Of a stretch of 64,000 nt of DNA, positions 22,301 to 62,490 are shown in pieces. Below the pieces are notes generated by a model that saw only the letters and a list, made by a program, of their open reading frames with translations, was not told the origin of the DNA and did no database searches. Each line of letters opens with the position of its first letter. Position 1 is the first letter of the stretch. Position numbers and translations under genes: made by a program. The stretch covers positions 18,290,001 to 18,354,000 of the forward strand of contig NW_027361696.1 in the NCBI RefSeq assembly GCF_039654945.1, read 5' to 3'. Source of the DNA: Dendrobates tinctorius (lineage: Eukaryota).

Positions 22301-25300
22301 CGCAAGTAAGTCCCAGCACTACGGGCACGCTCTATTTATCTGGATTCGATATTCTATTGGCATGGATGCTGGATTACTGCCTCCTACCGGTTTATCAGAG
22401 GAATCGTGGCAGGTAAAAGGCAGCACTCCCACTCCCAGCTATTCCGCTTAAATGCAGTTTTGGGCTCGTTGTGCTATTTTCCGCTTTCCCTACATCACAT
22501 TTTGCTTTTGGTGAAGAAGTCGTTTGCTTTTTGTAGATATTGTGTCGTCCTGCTGACGGGAGAGGGAGAATCCTTCCAAAAGACCTACGGATCCTTCCTG
22601 GCTTTTGCCTCTGCCAACACCAAGGACACGGTGCGATTTGTCCATGTTTTCAAGGAGCGTCAACAAGAGCTTGCCAGCTCGCTGCTAGGAGAATATATAA
22701 AGCCTGCAGACTCCTCTGTATGTACCGCAGCAATCGTAGATTTCTTCTTGGCGGGAATTAGTCATCTGCTTACACCCCGAACTTGACCCTGATTTCTATG
22801 ACCCGGGGGTGTCCGCTGCCGGATGTGATACTGCCGCTGCGCCTCCTGCTCCGTAGAGATCAGCGGACGTATGGGATTAGTGCCGTCACAAAGTATAAGG
22901 GTCAATAGCTGAATCTTTTCTTCTATATTCACCCCTGGCAGGTGGTGATCCTGGAAAGACGGAACATGGCCGGCAGAATCGTGTACAAGAGCCTGTCCGT
23001 CGTCTGGAGCGGCAGCGAGGATAACAAGTTTGCCCTCTTGGATTTCCTGGATCGCTTGAGGAAAGACCCCAGTCTGCTGTCCGCCGAGACCATCCTGTCC
23101 GATCTGAATGATGAGCTGGCACCGGTACGTTCCTGGATTTGTGGTGTAGAAATCTCAGTCCAGTTTGGTTACTTGTACGGTGCTACTGGCCACCCCTCAT
23201 CACTAGTAGGGCAAAGAAAGCGACGCGGAAACTGGGATCCACACAACGTGCGATATTCATAATGAGGGGTCTGTGAAGGATTAGCCCCATGTTGTGCGAC
23301 CCTTCGAGGTCTCTCTATGGCCGGTTTCACATTAGCGCTTTTTCAGCGCGCGCACGGCCGGGGGTAGCTCCGCCCCCGAGCCGGCTCTCTGCCCGGCGTG
23401 CCCGCCCCTTCCTTGTAGCGCCGCCTCCTAGCGGACAGCGGCGCCTGCGATCGGCGCACCCTATCTTTAGCATAGGGTGCGCCGATCGTGCGCAGGCCGT
23501 GCGCTAGTTGCGCTTTGACCTGCGCTGCGCACTTTTGACGGTGCGCCGTGCGCGCCAAAATCAAACTTTTCGGATTTTGGCGCGCACGGCGCACCGTCAA
23601 AAGTGCGCAGCGCAGGTCAAAGCGCAACTAGCGCACGGCCTGCGCACGATCGGCGCACCCTATGCTAAAGATAGGGTGCGCCGATCGGAGGCGGCGCTAC
23701 AAGGAAGGGGCGGGCACGCCGGGCAGAGAGCTGGCTCGGGGGCGGAGCTACCCCCGGCCGTGCGTGCGCTGAAAAAGCGCTAATGTGAAACCGGCCTATG
23801 TACACATAATGTGCAGTATGTGTTAGCCCTGTACCAGACGACCCCTCAAAGTTCCGCTATGTCCACACACTCACTATAACTGCTTGCATCCTTTTATTGT
23901 TGTCAGGTGTTTTTCCTACGCTGGTTTTACACCGCGGTTGACTACTGGTCGGATTTATGGGAGAGTGTTCTCCATAATAACTGGTAAGTTGTTCTTCACC
24001 AGGGCAGGGGGTGATCAGAATTACTCACCTGGGAAGTTTTTCCCTGTTGAGGCATCATGCCCCTTGGGGACTGGAACCTGCGACTTCTTGCTCTCCTAGG
24101 AAGCCTGTGTCCAGGCTCCATTGGAACACAAAGGTGATGCATATATTCAGTGTGCATTCAGTGACTGATGGCAGCGGTGGGTGATGGCTGTTTGACGCAG
24201 CTTCTGGGCCCACTATATTTACCCGCACATATATGGTTGCATGTTGGGGAGTGATCACCGTCTGATAGTTTTCTGCTGCTTCCATAATGGACTTTTTTTT
24301 ACTGAAAATGTTAATATTTGGCCGATCCTAATGTTTCTGTGCAGGCGTGAGATGATGCCGCTGCTGTCCCTGATTTTCTCGGCCCTCTTCATCCTCTTCG
24401 GGACGGTTATCGTGCAGGCATTCAGGTACACGTGGGTTCCTGGGGGGCCATGCCTGTTCATTTGGGATTAGGATTAACCCTTCACCCATCTTTCAGTGAC
24501 TCCAGCGATGAGAGAGACTCCGTGCCATCTGATAAAGAAGAGACAAGCAACAAGGAAAGGAGCAGTGAGGCCAGCTTCACCAGGGAGAACACCAGGTAAG
24601 TGTGCGGCGATGAGATGAGGAATATCTGCTGCTCCCTCCGTTATCAGTGCCAGTAACCATTATCTCGCTATCACAGGGTCCCTAAGAAAGGCTTTGTGGA
24701 GGTGACTGAGTTAACGGATGTGAATTACATGAGTAACCTGGTCCGGCTGCGCCCGGGTCACATGAATGTCGTCCTCATCCTCTCCAGCTCCACCAAGGCC
24801 AGCCTGCTGCAGAAGTTTGCCCAGGAGGTGTACACGTTCACTGGGTAATTCTATCCGTGGTTATATCGCTGACATGCGCCGTCACAGGCTATGTATAGCA
24901 GCGGCCAATGCTCCATATATGACACCGCACCTGCTGTGCCAGTCACAACCTATTGGGACAGATGCAGCAGAGACGACTTGGTTTTTTCGTTTGACAATCC
25001 ATGACCATTCCAGCATTGCTACATGTGTAGTGTGGGGAAGACACTAGTGTCCGTAGCCGGATATCGTTACATGTCTGATACTGGCCTTGTCACCATTCAC
25101 ATGCTGCAGTCAGCAGCCGTTGCAGCCCCTCACTGCTTATTTGTGGGTCTCCCCCTGCTGGTAGATGTGTGTATAAGTGCTCGTGTCCTCTGTCACAGGA
25201 GCAGCTCCCTGCACTTCTCCTTCCTGAACCTGGACAAGCACCGCGAGTGGCTGGAGTACCTGCTGGAGTTCGCCCAGGACGCGGCGCCCATCGCCTACCA

Positions 25301-25589
25301 GTACGACGAGCACTTCTTGGAGCGCGATCACACCGGGTATGTGCTGGCGCTGAACGGGCACAAAAAATACTTCTGTCTCTTTAAAGCGCAGTCCACGCTG
25401 GAGGACGAGAAGTTCTGCGATGAGGGGGAGCTCTGCTCGGCCAACGGGGACTCCTTACGGAAGATTTCTCTTGGCTCCGGGGCGGGACACATTAAAAAGA
25501 AATTAAATAAGCTATCGCTGTGGATGGAGCGCCTCCTAGAGGGCTCGTTACAGAGGTTCTACATCCCCTCCTGGCCATTACTGGACTGA
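19349..25589 (+). CDS. DNAJC16: DnaJ homolog subfamily C member 16 (J domain, thioredoxin-like domain, TM helix); ~774 aa
   Basis: GT-AG exons: 19349-19515, 19746-19812, 20047-20377, 20899-21083, 21160-21264, 21505-21663, 22175-22305, 22537-22717, 22942-23124, 23907-23983, 24345-24425, 24497-24595, 24677-24844, 25199-25589 (2325 nt, phases consistent). Signal peptide, DPYRVLGV, HPD, WCFSC, TM LLSLIFSALFILFGTVIVQAF, C-terminus LWMERLLEGSLQRFYIPSWP. Confidence 0.96.
20385..20845. repeat. ~85-90 bp tandem repeat (~5 copies) in a DNAJC16 intron
   Basis: CCAGAGCTGCACTCACTATTCTGCTGGTGCAGTCACTGTGTACATACATTAC...GAGTTACATCCTGTATTATA repeated. Confidence 0.9.
23319..23796. mobile_element. Palindromic (foldback) Harbinger-type MITE, 478 bp
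   Basis: GGCCGGTTTCACATTAGCGC...GCGCTAATGTGAAACCGGCC; TAT duplicated at 23316-18 and 23797-99; arms near-identical around ~23567. Confidence 0.9.
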
Positions 25590-28082
25590 CACCGCACCAA
25601 ACTGTGAACATTACAGGTCTGCCCTGACCTCAGGACCCGGTGCGCGTCATGGCGTCCTGCCAGGGGCAAACGGGGCCGTGAGAGCCTCCAGAATGACGCC
25701 ATTGACTAGATCACATACTGCCTGCTTAAGTCTTAAGTTCTCTTCAGCTACATCAGAGCTTTACGCTGCCTCGGAGGACCCTGGTCTGACAACCTTCTCC
25801 CCCACCGGCTCATTAACCCACAATTCTTAATGTTGACAACTAGAGGTCCCTAGTGAGTAATCGACGTGGTCACCACCTGCATCCAATCCTGACAACTGTG
25901 GACTTAGCAATAAGGCACTCTGACAACCCCACGTTCTGTGGGATGATACGCACACCAATACTTACTAATAATCCCTAAACAGTCACACAATCATCGAGCC
26001 ATCCCACTAGTAACGGCCGACATTAATAGGGTGTGCAAACTTTTTTTTTTTTTTTTGAAAGTTTCTGTATTTTTCCCTAGTTATTAAGTGTGGCGCCATC
26101 TGGCGGGCACATGCAGAATGACGCCTCGCTGCATTTTTCTTTGTATCAAGGAACAATGGTCAGACCTGCGGATTTAATACCCGGTGCATTATTATTAGCC
26201 CCTGAGTCGCCCCCCGATGAGTAGAACCAGGTGATATCCAGACTAGCGGTCATTATATTTCTGTACACAGCCAGTGAATGTAGCAGATTACTCCTGTACT
26301 TCCTTCTATTGGAGAGGGGGGTACATACTTATCTGCTGTCATTACTTTTCTTTTTTCCCCATTTTGATAATTAAGGTTTTTTTGTGAATTTCATGTTCAA
26401 TGCCAACGTTTCTGTCACAGTGGAAGAACCCTACGAAATGCGCATGTCCTTGAAGCTCTTGTTTATGGCCCCACAGTGATAGATGAAATCCTTAAAGGGC
26501 CCAATTTTCCAGATTCCTGTGAAAAGCTGCGTATTATAGTCTTGTGTTCTGTTATCAGGCGTCAGGTTCTCATAAGCTCATGACATTTCAGACGTAGACT
26601 CTCGCCCCTTCCTTCCTAAATGTAACGTCTTGTCCTGTAGATGTTTCCTGGAAATGTTGCTGCTGATATATATTTATTTTTTTTTTCTAGTTTTTAACTT
26701 ACATGAATTTTTCATGTACTTCTCCTTTAAAGAGCGCACGATTGTTTGTTTCTTCCAAAAGCTGGTACTTGCATTAATTACTGCCACCAGGACAGTTTAG
26801 GAATTGCAGGCGGGAATCAGGGCAGGGAGTGCAGCTGTAGCGATCGGAGAGGATCCTGGCGGTGGCTTTAGCGGTGGCGCCCCTTTATGCCATGTCCTGT
26901 AAGCTACTGGTAAGGCCCTGACCCTTTTCTCCCCACCCCTCCGTGTCCGTCAGCCCTGGCTGAAGAGGTTGTCATATTGCATGATATTTTCCTACTCCTG
27001 CAGCACTGAAATGGTTAAGCCACCTCGTGCTGAAATCTTGAATAAGAAAAAAAAGAAACCCCCGGGATTCTGTAACTTCCATCTGGACGATCAGTTTGCA
27101 CTTTTTTTCTTTTGTAGGAAGAAAATAATTTATTTAAGTTTTTTTTTTTTTTTTTTAATATTTATCGTCATCTTTGTTTTTATTACTGCATTGGAAACGG
27201 AAATAAACTATTTTACTGTGTGACGTAAACGCCGCATCCTGTTATAGGAGCGGGACGGGGATGGGGGGGGGGGGGACTTAAAGGAATTGTCTGGGATAGA
27301 AAAGCAGCGCCACGTCTGGTTACAGGTTGTACGTGGCATTTGCAGCACGGTCCTATTCCCGTCAGTGGAGATGAGCTGCTGGCTGACAGCAACGCTAGGA
27401 GAAAACTACCCTGTTTTCTAATCAAGGACATTCCCTTTAAGGGCCTATTTATGACTGGTGGAAGGTGTTGAGGCAGAGCTTTCTGGGTGCTATTTTACAT
27501 ATGCTCCACCCATCAGTCTGTGCACCCGTCACTCAGAATGACTTGCACAGTGATGCCCCCTGCTGGATACTGCATTCTGTAGGTGCAGGCTAAATACAGG
27601 GCCAGTACTCCTTTTTATGGAGTCTCCTGTTTTAAATAAAGCAGGGGTCGTAGATGATCCTGTTTCCTGCTGTCCACTGAATGCCACGAGCAGGAGACTT
27701 CTCAAAAGTGGACTTGCCCTTTAAGAACTGACAAGCTACAGCAAAGACCCTCTGGAAAACACAGGTGTGGCTAATGTTATTTCCTTCTCAATATTCATCT
27801 GTGGGAGAGAGATTTTGGGTGGTGTTGCCCTTTAATAGTTACAATTATCACAATTCCGACTGTAAAATGTCAGTCTTCTGCTGCAGTAATGGCGGGGTCT
27901 GACAGCATCTAGCCATGGATGGGAGTTAGCGGAGCTGTATTATCAGTGTCTGGTTGGGAGTGGACCTTTGAGCGGCGTTGCTCGGCAGAGCTGCAGGTCT
28001 CTGGTTTCTGGACTGTGGGGAGGACCCGGACTTGATCTGTGGCTCCTGTGATTGTGTCCTCGCAGTGGCGCCCCCACTGGGT

Positions 28083-31000
28083 TCAGTAGGTCGGGACTCC
28101 GGGCAGCACACACAGCATCTCAAACAGCAGGTTAGCGGCCAGCAGCGCAGTGTTACCTGGGAAAGCGTGAAACAGATGGTTTGTATCATGTATACTGAGC
28201 ATGCTCTGCTGCTGGGCATTGGGAGAGTTGTAGTACTCACCTGACTGATCGTACACAGGCGCCACCTCCACCAGGTCACAGCCCACGAGGTTCAAGCCGC
28301 GACTTCCTCGAATAATCTGCAGTGCCTGACCACAGGACAGACATCACACGGTCAGTCTGCGCTGCTCTGCTTTATACCACCACATTGCTCTACTGGAGAA
28401 CACAACGGCCTTACCCACGCTCAAGTTTGCTGCTCTATCCTGTTGCAGCTGTATGCTTTACCCTGCAGCTCTGCTCCATTTGCGTATACTTGAGGTTCAA
28501 ATAGTCTGACATTTACTCCTGTCATACCCCATACTTTACACTGCAGCAAGGTGTATGGAAAGATCAACAAAAAGAAAATAGCAGGGAGGGGACATGAGAC
28601 CTACTTCCTACCTGGGGGGTTGTCAGGCCGGCGATCTCCGGGGTCCCGGTACCAGGGGCAAACGAGGGGTCAATTCCATCAATGTCGAAGCTGAGGTAGA
28701 CTGGTTTGTCTCCCATTTGTTGTCTCACTTCTGACATGAGGGGAACAAGAGACGTGAACCAGCAATCCTCCACCAGAACCACCCGAAAACCCTGCAGGGA
28801 ACGGGTTCGGTTAGAGTACTCCTCCAGATGATGGGATTCCAATCTCTTATCGGTCAACGCTGCAAATTCACCGTGTCTTATCCTCCAGCCACCTCCAGAG
28901 CTGCAATCACTATTCTACTGTTACATTGTGTCTTATCCTCCTGTCACTTGCAGAGCTGCACTCATTAGTCTCCTGTTATTGTTTATCCCCCAGAGCTGCA
29001 CTCATTGTTCTACTGTTACATTGTCTCTTATACTCCAGTCACCTCAAGAGCTGCACTCACTATTCAGCTGCTACATCATGTCTTATCCTCCACAGCTGCA
29101 GTCACTATTCTGCTATTACATTGTCTTTTATCCTCCAGTCACCTTCAGCGCTGCAATCACTATTCTGCTGTTACATAATCTCTTAACCTCCAGAGCTGAA
29201 TTCACTATTCTGCCATTACATCGTCTCTTATCCTGCAGTTACCTTAAGAGCTGCGGTCACTATTCTGCTGTTACATGGTGTCTTAACCTCCAGTCACTTC
29301 CAGAGCTGCGGTCACTATTCTGCTGTTACATGCTGTCTTATCCTCCAGTCACTTCCAGAGCTGCACTCACTTCTCCTGTTATTGTTTATCCTCGAGAGCT
29401 GCACTCCCTGTTCTGGTGTTACATCGTCTATTAACCTACAGTCACCTCCAGAGCTGCGGTAAGTATTCTGCTGTTACATTGTGTCTTATCACCAGACACC
29501 TCCAGAGGTGCGGTCGCTATTCTCCTGTCACTTCAGGTCTTATCCTCTAGTTACGTCCAGTGCTGCACTCACAATTCTGCTATGGCCGGGATCACACATG
29601 CAAGAAACACGGCCGAGTCTCGCACATTAATACCTGGCACTGCTGCCAGCACTTGGGAGCGGAGTGTGCGGCCGCACAGCAGTACATGCAGCTGAACGCT
29701 CCGCTCCTGAGTGCCAGTGCCGGGTATTAATGTGCGAGACTGGGCCGTGTTTCTCCCATGTGTGATCCTGGCCTACTACATCGTCTCTTATCCTCCAGTC
29801 ACCTTCAGCGTTGTGGTCACTATTCTGCTGTTAAATCAGGTCTTGTCCTCCAATCACCTCAAGAGCTGCAGTCACTATCCTGCTGTTCCATCAGGTCTTA
29901 TACTCTGGTCACCTCCAGAGCTGAACTCTGTGTTGCAGCTCTAGATGCGCCTGGAGCACAGCCCATGCGGTTCATCACCTGCTCCCGGCAGAATTCATAT
30001 CTCTCGGGGTCGTAGGCAGACCCACGGATCCCGATCTGCACAACTCGTTGTCTGTCCAAGAGACCTTCATCCACACAGCGGCGGAATGGGGTCCCATGAT
30101 AGATCTTCTCGCCCAACGCCTGCTCCCCAGTGTCGGTGTGCGCGTCAACGTGGATCAGACCGACAGGTCCATGCCTACGAGAAATGTTACCTGCGCTGAC
30201 ACATTGTAACAAACCATCAGGACAGCAGCGATTGATGCAGCTGATGGGCAATCATCTGGACCGATACACGGTAATGAGCCCTCAGCTGGATTAGGTCAGG
30301 TTGGTTATTCAGACCATTCACTGACAGCAATCCATGATAATGAAATGTGACAGCCATTGTTCTAGTCAGTTGTCTTCAGTAGCGGGGGGGTGGTCACTTA
30401 CTTTTCAGCTACAGCCTGCAGGATGGGGTAGGTGATGGTGTGGTCTCCACCTATGGAAAAGAAAGCAGAGGTGCTGAAACTGCGTGGTGAGCCACCGCAG
30501 CGAGGCTCCCTTGTCCTCCACAGCCTCACCCAGGGTCAGTGGGATACAGCCGGCCGCCATGATCTTCTGGTAGGCGTCTCTGATCCGGCGGCAGCTGTCC
30601 GGCAGGTTGTACAGATTGACACTGACGTCACCGATATCCGCCACCTGGAGCGATCTGTACGGCGCCGCCCTGGTGGATACATTGTATCTCCGCACCATGC
30701 AGGACTCTGCTCTGATGTGACGAGGACCAAACCTGCGCAAAAGTAAACTCCGCAAGATGATGGGGAGAGTAGTGCTGTGGGGGCATCTCAGCTGAGAGTA
30801 TCACATAATAGATACAGTGCTCAGCACACGGTATCGCACAGGAGAGGATTAGATACATGGCTCAGCAGACGGTATCACACAGGAGAGGATTAGATACACG
30901 GCTCAGCAGATGGTATCACACAGGAGAGGATTAGATACACGGCTCAGCAGATGGTATCACACAGGATAGGATTAGATACACGGCTCAGCAGATGGTATCA

Positions 31001-33804
31001 CAGGAGAGGATTAGATACATGGCTCAGCAGACAGTATCACACAGGAGAGGATTAGCTACATAGCTCGGCAGTCGGTATTACAGGAGAGGATTAGATACAC
31101 AGCTCAGCAGACCGTCACACAGGATAGGATTAGATACACAGCTCAGCAGTCGGTATCACACAGGATAGGATTAGATACACGACTCAGCAGACAGTATCAC
31201 ACAGGAGAGGATTAGATACACAGCTCAGCAGACAGTATCACACAGGATAGGATTAGATACACGGCTCAGCAGACAGTATCACACAGGAGAGGATTAGATA
31301 CACGGCTCAGCAGACAGTATCACCCAGGAGAGGATTAGATACACAGCTCAGTAGACAGTATCACCCAGGAGAGGATTAGATACACGGCTCAGCAGACAGT
31401 ATCTCACAGGAGAGGATTAGATACACGGCTCAGCAGACAGTATCACACAGGAGAGGATTAGATACACGGCTCAGCAGTCAGTATCACCCAGGAGAGGATT
31501 AGATACATGGCTCAGACAGTATCACATAGGATAGTATTAGATACACGGCTCAGCAGACCGTATCACACAGGAGAGGATTAGATACATGGCTCAGACTGTC
31601 AGGAGAGGATTAGATACACGGCTCAGCAGACAGTATCGCACAGGAGAGGATTAGATACATGGCTCAGCAGACAGTATCACCCAGGAGAGGATTAGATACA
31701 CAGCTCAGTAGACAGTATCACCCAGGAGAGGATTAGATACACAGCTCAGTAGACAGTATCACCCAGGAGAGGATTAGATACACAGCTCAGCAGACAGTAT
31801 CGCACAGGAGAGGATTAGATACACGGCTCAGCAGTCAGTATCACCCAGGATAGGATTAGATACACGGCTCAGCAGACGGTATCACACAGGAGAGGATTAG
31901 ATACACGGCTCAGCAGACGGTATCACACAGGAGAGGATTAGATACACGGCTCAGCAGTCAGTAACACACAGGATAGGATTAGATACACGGCTCAGCAGTC
32001 AGTATCACACAGGATAGGATTAGATACACAGCTCAGTAGACAGTATCACCCAGGAGAGGATTAGATACACAGCTCAGTAGACAGTATCACCCAGGAGAGG
32101 ATTAGATACACAGCTCAGCAGACAGTATCGCACAGGAGAGGATTAGATACACGGCTCAGCAGTCAGTATCACCCAGGATAGGATTAGATACACGGCTCAG
32201 CAGACGGTATCACACAGGAGAGGATTAGATACACGGCTCAGCAGACAGTATCACCCAGGAGAGGATTAGATACACGGCTCAGCAGACAGTATCACCCAGG
32301 AGAGGATTAGATACACGGCTCAGCAGACAGTAACACATAGGATAGGATTAGATACACGGCTCAGCAGACAGTATCACACAGGAGAGGATTAGATACACGG
32401 CTCAGCAGTCAGTAACACATAGGATAGGATTAGATACACGGCTCAGCAGACAGTATCACACAGGAGAGGATTAGATACACGGCTCAGCAGTCAGTATCAC
32501 ACAGGAGAGGATTAGATACACGGCTCAGCAGACAGTAACACATAGGAGAGGATTAGATACACGGCTCAGCAGACAGTAACACATAGGAGAGGATTAGATA
32601 CACGGCTCAGCAGTCAGTATCACACAGGATAGGATTAGATACACAGCTCAGCAGACAGTATCACACAGGATAGGATTAGATACACGGCTCAGCAGTCAGT
32701 AACACATAGGATAGGATTAGATACACGGCTCAGCAGTCAGTATCACACAGGAGAGGATTAGATACACGGCTCAGCAGACAGTATCACACAGGAGTGGATT
32801 AGATACACGGCTCAGTCAGCAGACAGTATCACACAGGAGAGGATTAGATACACGGCTCAGTCAGCAGACAGTATCACACAGGAGAGGATTAGATACACGG
32901 CTCAGTCAGCAGACAGCATCACACAGGAGAGGATTAGATACACGGCTCAGCAGACAGTATCACCCAGGAGAGGATTAGATACACAGCTCAGTAGACAGTA
33001 TCACCCAGGAGAGGATTAGATACACGGCTCAGCAGACAGTATCTCACAGGAGTGGATTAGATACACGGCTCAGTCAGCAGACAGTATCACACAGGAGAGG
33101 ATTAGATACACGGCTCAGTCAGCAGACAGTATCACACAGGAGAGGATTAGATACACGGCTCAGCAGTCAGTAACACATAGGAGAGGATTAGATACACGGC
33201 TCAGCAGACAGTATCTCACAGGAGTGGATTAGATACACGGCTCAGTCAGCAGACAGTATCACACAGGAGAGGATTAGATACACGGCTCAGCAGACAGTAT
33301 CACACAGGAGAGGATTAGATACACGGCTCAGCAGTCAGTAACACATAGGAGAGGATTAGATACACGGCTCAGTATCACACATAACGGAGACTGACGTCAG
33401 CCTAAGCCCCGTCTTCCCCCTCTGCCCTGTGATTGCGGGATTTCCCAGCATGGTCCGCAGCCCCGTGCTGCGGTGGAGACTTTACACTGCGCTTCTTGCC
33501 TTGCTCCGGGTCGATTTGAGGTGCCTGTATCCAAGGGGACTCCGATAAACGCTGCGTCCAGCCCATCCGCAGACTCCTGGTAGGGAAGACGACACATTGT
33601 GCAGATTCCGGCCATCCGAGCCACCTCTTCAGCGCTCAGCGGCTCGTTAAGCTTCGTGCCTGACATCCCGCGCTCAGGGGGGCACTGGAGCTTCCTGCTC
33701 CCACAATCCGGCAGGGTCCCCAAGACAGAGCGGGAGGCCCAGAGGGGGCGCAGTGTTCGGACGCATGGAGTGGAGGCTCTGCAGATTGCGATCACCTTGG
33801 CCAT
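28083..33804 (-). CDS. AGMAT: Agmatinase / guanidino acid hydrolase (ureohydrolase family); ~363 aa
   Basis: Exons 33804-33500, 30732-30530, 30450-30402, 30174-29979, 28791-28612, 28325-28241, 28156-28083 (1092 nt). Motifs [26 protein letters not shown] and DLVEVAP intact. Convergent with DNAJC16, as in human. Confidence 0.96.
28870..29930. repeat. Degenerate ~57 bp tandem repeat in AGMAT intron 4
   Basis: CTCCAGAGCTGCACTCACTATTCTGCTGTTACATTGTGTCTTATCCTCCAGTCAC-like units. Confidence 0.85.
29584..29773. mobile_element. Short Harbinger-type MITE (~190 bp)
   Basis: GGCCGGGATCACACATG...CATGTGTGATCCTGGCC inverted ends; TAT/TAC flanks; palindromic body. Confidence 0.75.
30805..33380. repeat. 41 bp minisatellite (~60 copies) filling AGMAT intron 1
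   Basis: Unit AGGAGAGGATTAGATACACGGCTCAGCAGACAGTATCACAC. Confidence 0.97.
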
Positions 33805-34878
33805 GATGAGACACTGGTCCTAGAGTTCAAGGTGCGGACGACTCCTGGTGCTGCTGCGCTCTCCGCCCCTCTAGTGACAGCAGCCAAAAGGCTTCTCCCT
33901 CCCCTAAGTTTGGACATCTCCAGCCCATGGGGTATTTTTAACACATTTGTCCTCGGTGATGTTTACGACGCTCAGTGGATGCGATGCTTGGCACCCTTTG
34001 CAGGAGTTGCGGGTGATACACTTCTGCGTAATATTGGGGTCTGGACCGGCGAGTGCAGTGGTCTTTGCACAGCACCTGCATATTTCCCCTTTTAAATGGT
34101 GGACACAATAAATTGAGAGCCCCCTATGTGAGCAGACCACCCTGGACATTACATTCAATGCAATTATGGGTCGTCTCAATGGGATTTCCCGTAATTCCCA
34201 CAGTTGTATGAATCTCCCAAAATGAGCCCGATCCCTAACCAATTCAGACTGTAGATCAGTGGTCTCCAACCTGCAAAGCCTCAACTCCCATCATGTCCTG
34301 ACAGCAGGCCCTGGATGTGGCCCTCAGGGTCTAGTGACATCTGGGATTGCACTGGAACATGGTGCAGAAAGTGACCCTTGCCCAGCGCGGCCATAAAGGT
34401 TTCTTGCCGACCCACTCTAGCTCCACAGCCAATAATGCCGCGGCCTGTGAGGGGGGAGAACGACGAAGTCAGATTTAGTTGTGATTAATGTGTACAGGCC
34501 ACATCCATGTTCGTCTGTAATGCAGATTTATTGGTACATTAAAATCATCAGCACAAATCAATCCCGACCTCAACGTCGGCCATCATCGAGCTAGAACGTC
34601 TACTTCTCCGTGACAATGACCCCCGGAACGTCCACCGTTATTTCTCTTCTGCGGCTGGGACTCAGCTTTTCCTGATCCTGAATGGCATGTTGTCTAGTTA
34701 CACAGCGACATGGGACGGGTCGTACGGCTGCGTATGGGACAAGTGACGTGTCAGCCCCGGGGTGGGGTTGAGGGAGGCTGTACCCCAGACCCTTTGATCT
34801 TCCCCACGGCTATGTTCCGGGGGTCCACGCAGGGTCCAGCTTCCTGCAATATCTAATCTTCATTTAATAAATAACCAT

Positions 34879-61308
<26,430 letters not shown>

Positions 61309-61589
61309 CTAATGGCGGGGCTTCGCCTCTGCGCTCTTCCCCATATGCGCCAAAACCCTTGGCTGTCGCCCCTCGTCTTTCCGCACTTTCCAAAGCTGCA
61401 AAACGCATTAAAACCAGTGAAGACGAAGAGAGGAGACCCCTAAAGTCTAATGTGTCACACGAGACTGAGAAGTCCCTAGAAATGCGTCGCCCTTCAGTGT
61501 AGGACGGATTTTACCACTTCTCACAGGTTTGTATCGAAATCCAGCTAAACTCTTATTCACCCGGAAATCCAGGATTGCGTGTGTGAACA

Positions 61590-61696
61590 TACATATATTC
61601 ACCTACATGCTCACCTGTCCGTGTCACCTGCTCACACCCCATGTATACATATATACTAACATGCTCACCTGTCTGTGCCACCTGCTCTCGCCCCAA

Positions 61697-61739
<43 letters not shown>

Positions 61740-62011
61740 TACACACACACATATATACCTACATGCTCACCTGTCCGTGCCGCCTGCTCTCGCCCCGTGT
61801 ATACATTTACCTCCATGCTCACGTGTCCGTGCCGCCTGCTCTCGCCCCATGTATGCATATATACCTACATGCTCACCTGTCCGTGCCGCCTGCTCTCGCC
61901 CCGTGTATATATTTACCTCCATGATAACGTGTCCGTGCCGCCTGCTCTCGCCCCATGTATGCATATATACCTACATGCTCAACTGTCCGTGCCTCCTGCT
62001 CTCGCCCCAAG

Positions 62012-62069
<58 letters not shown>

Positions 62070-62490
62070 CCTACATGCTCACCTGTCCGTGCCGCCTGCT
62101 CTCGCCCCGCGTATATATTTACCTCCATGCTCATGTGTCCGTGCCGCCTGCTATCACATTGTGTATACATATTGTATATACCTACATGCTCACGTGCCCG
62201 TGCCGCCTGCTCTCGCCCCATGTATACATATATACCTACATGCTCACCTGTCTGTGCTGCCTGTTCTCACCCCGTGTATACATATATAGCTACGTGCTCA
62301 CCTGTCTGTGCCGCCTGTTCTCACCCTGTGTATACATATATACCTACGTGCTCACCTGTCCGTGCTGCCTGCTCTCGCCCCGTGTATATATATACCTATG
62401 TGCTCACCTGTCCATACCGCTTGCTCTCACCCCGTGTATACATATATACCTACATGCTCACCTGTCCGTACCGCCTGCTCTCACCCCGTG
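61590..62490. repeat. ~50-56 bp minisatellite with embedded (TA)n and (CA)n
   Basis: ATACCTACATGCTCACCTGTCCGTGCCGCCTGCTCTCGCCCC units. Confidence 0.9.

Noticed and set aside
27120-27840. Overlapping 3' UTRs of DNAJC16 and AGMAT
   Set aside because: Each gene has a plausible non-overlapping signal (AATAAA ~27202 on +; ATTAAA ~27836-27831 on -); overlap cannot be supported without transcripts.
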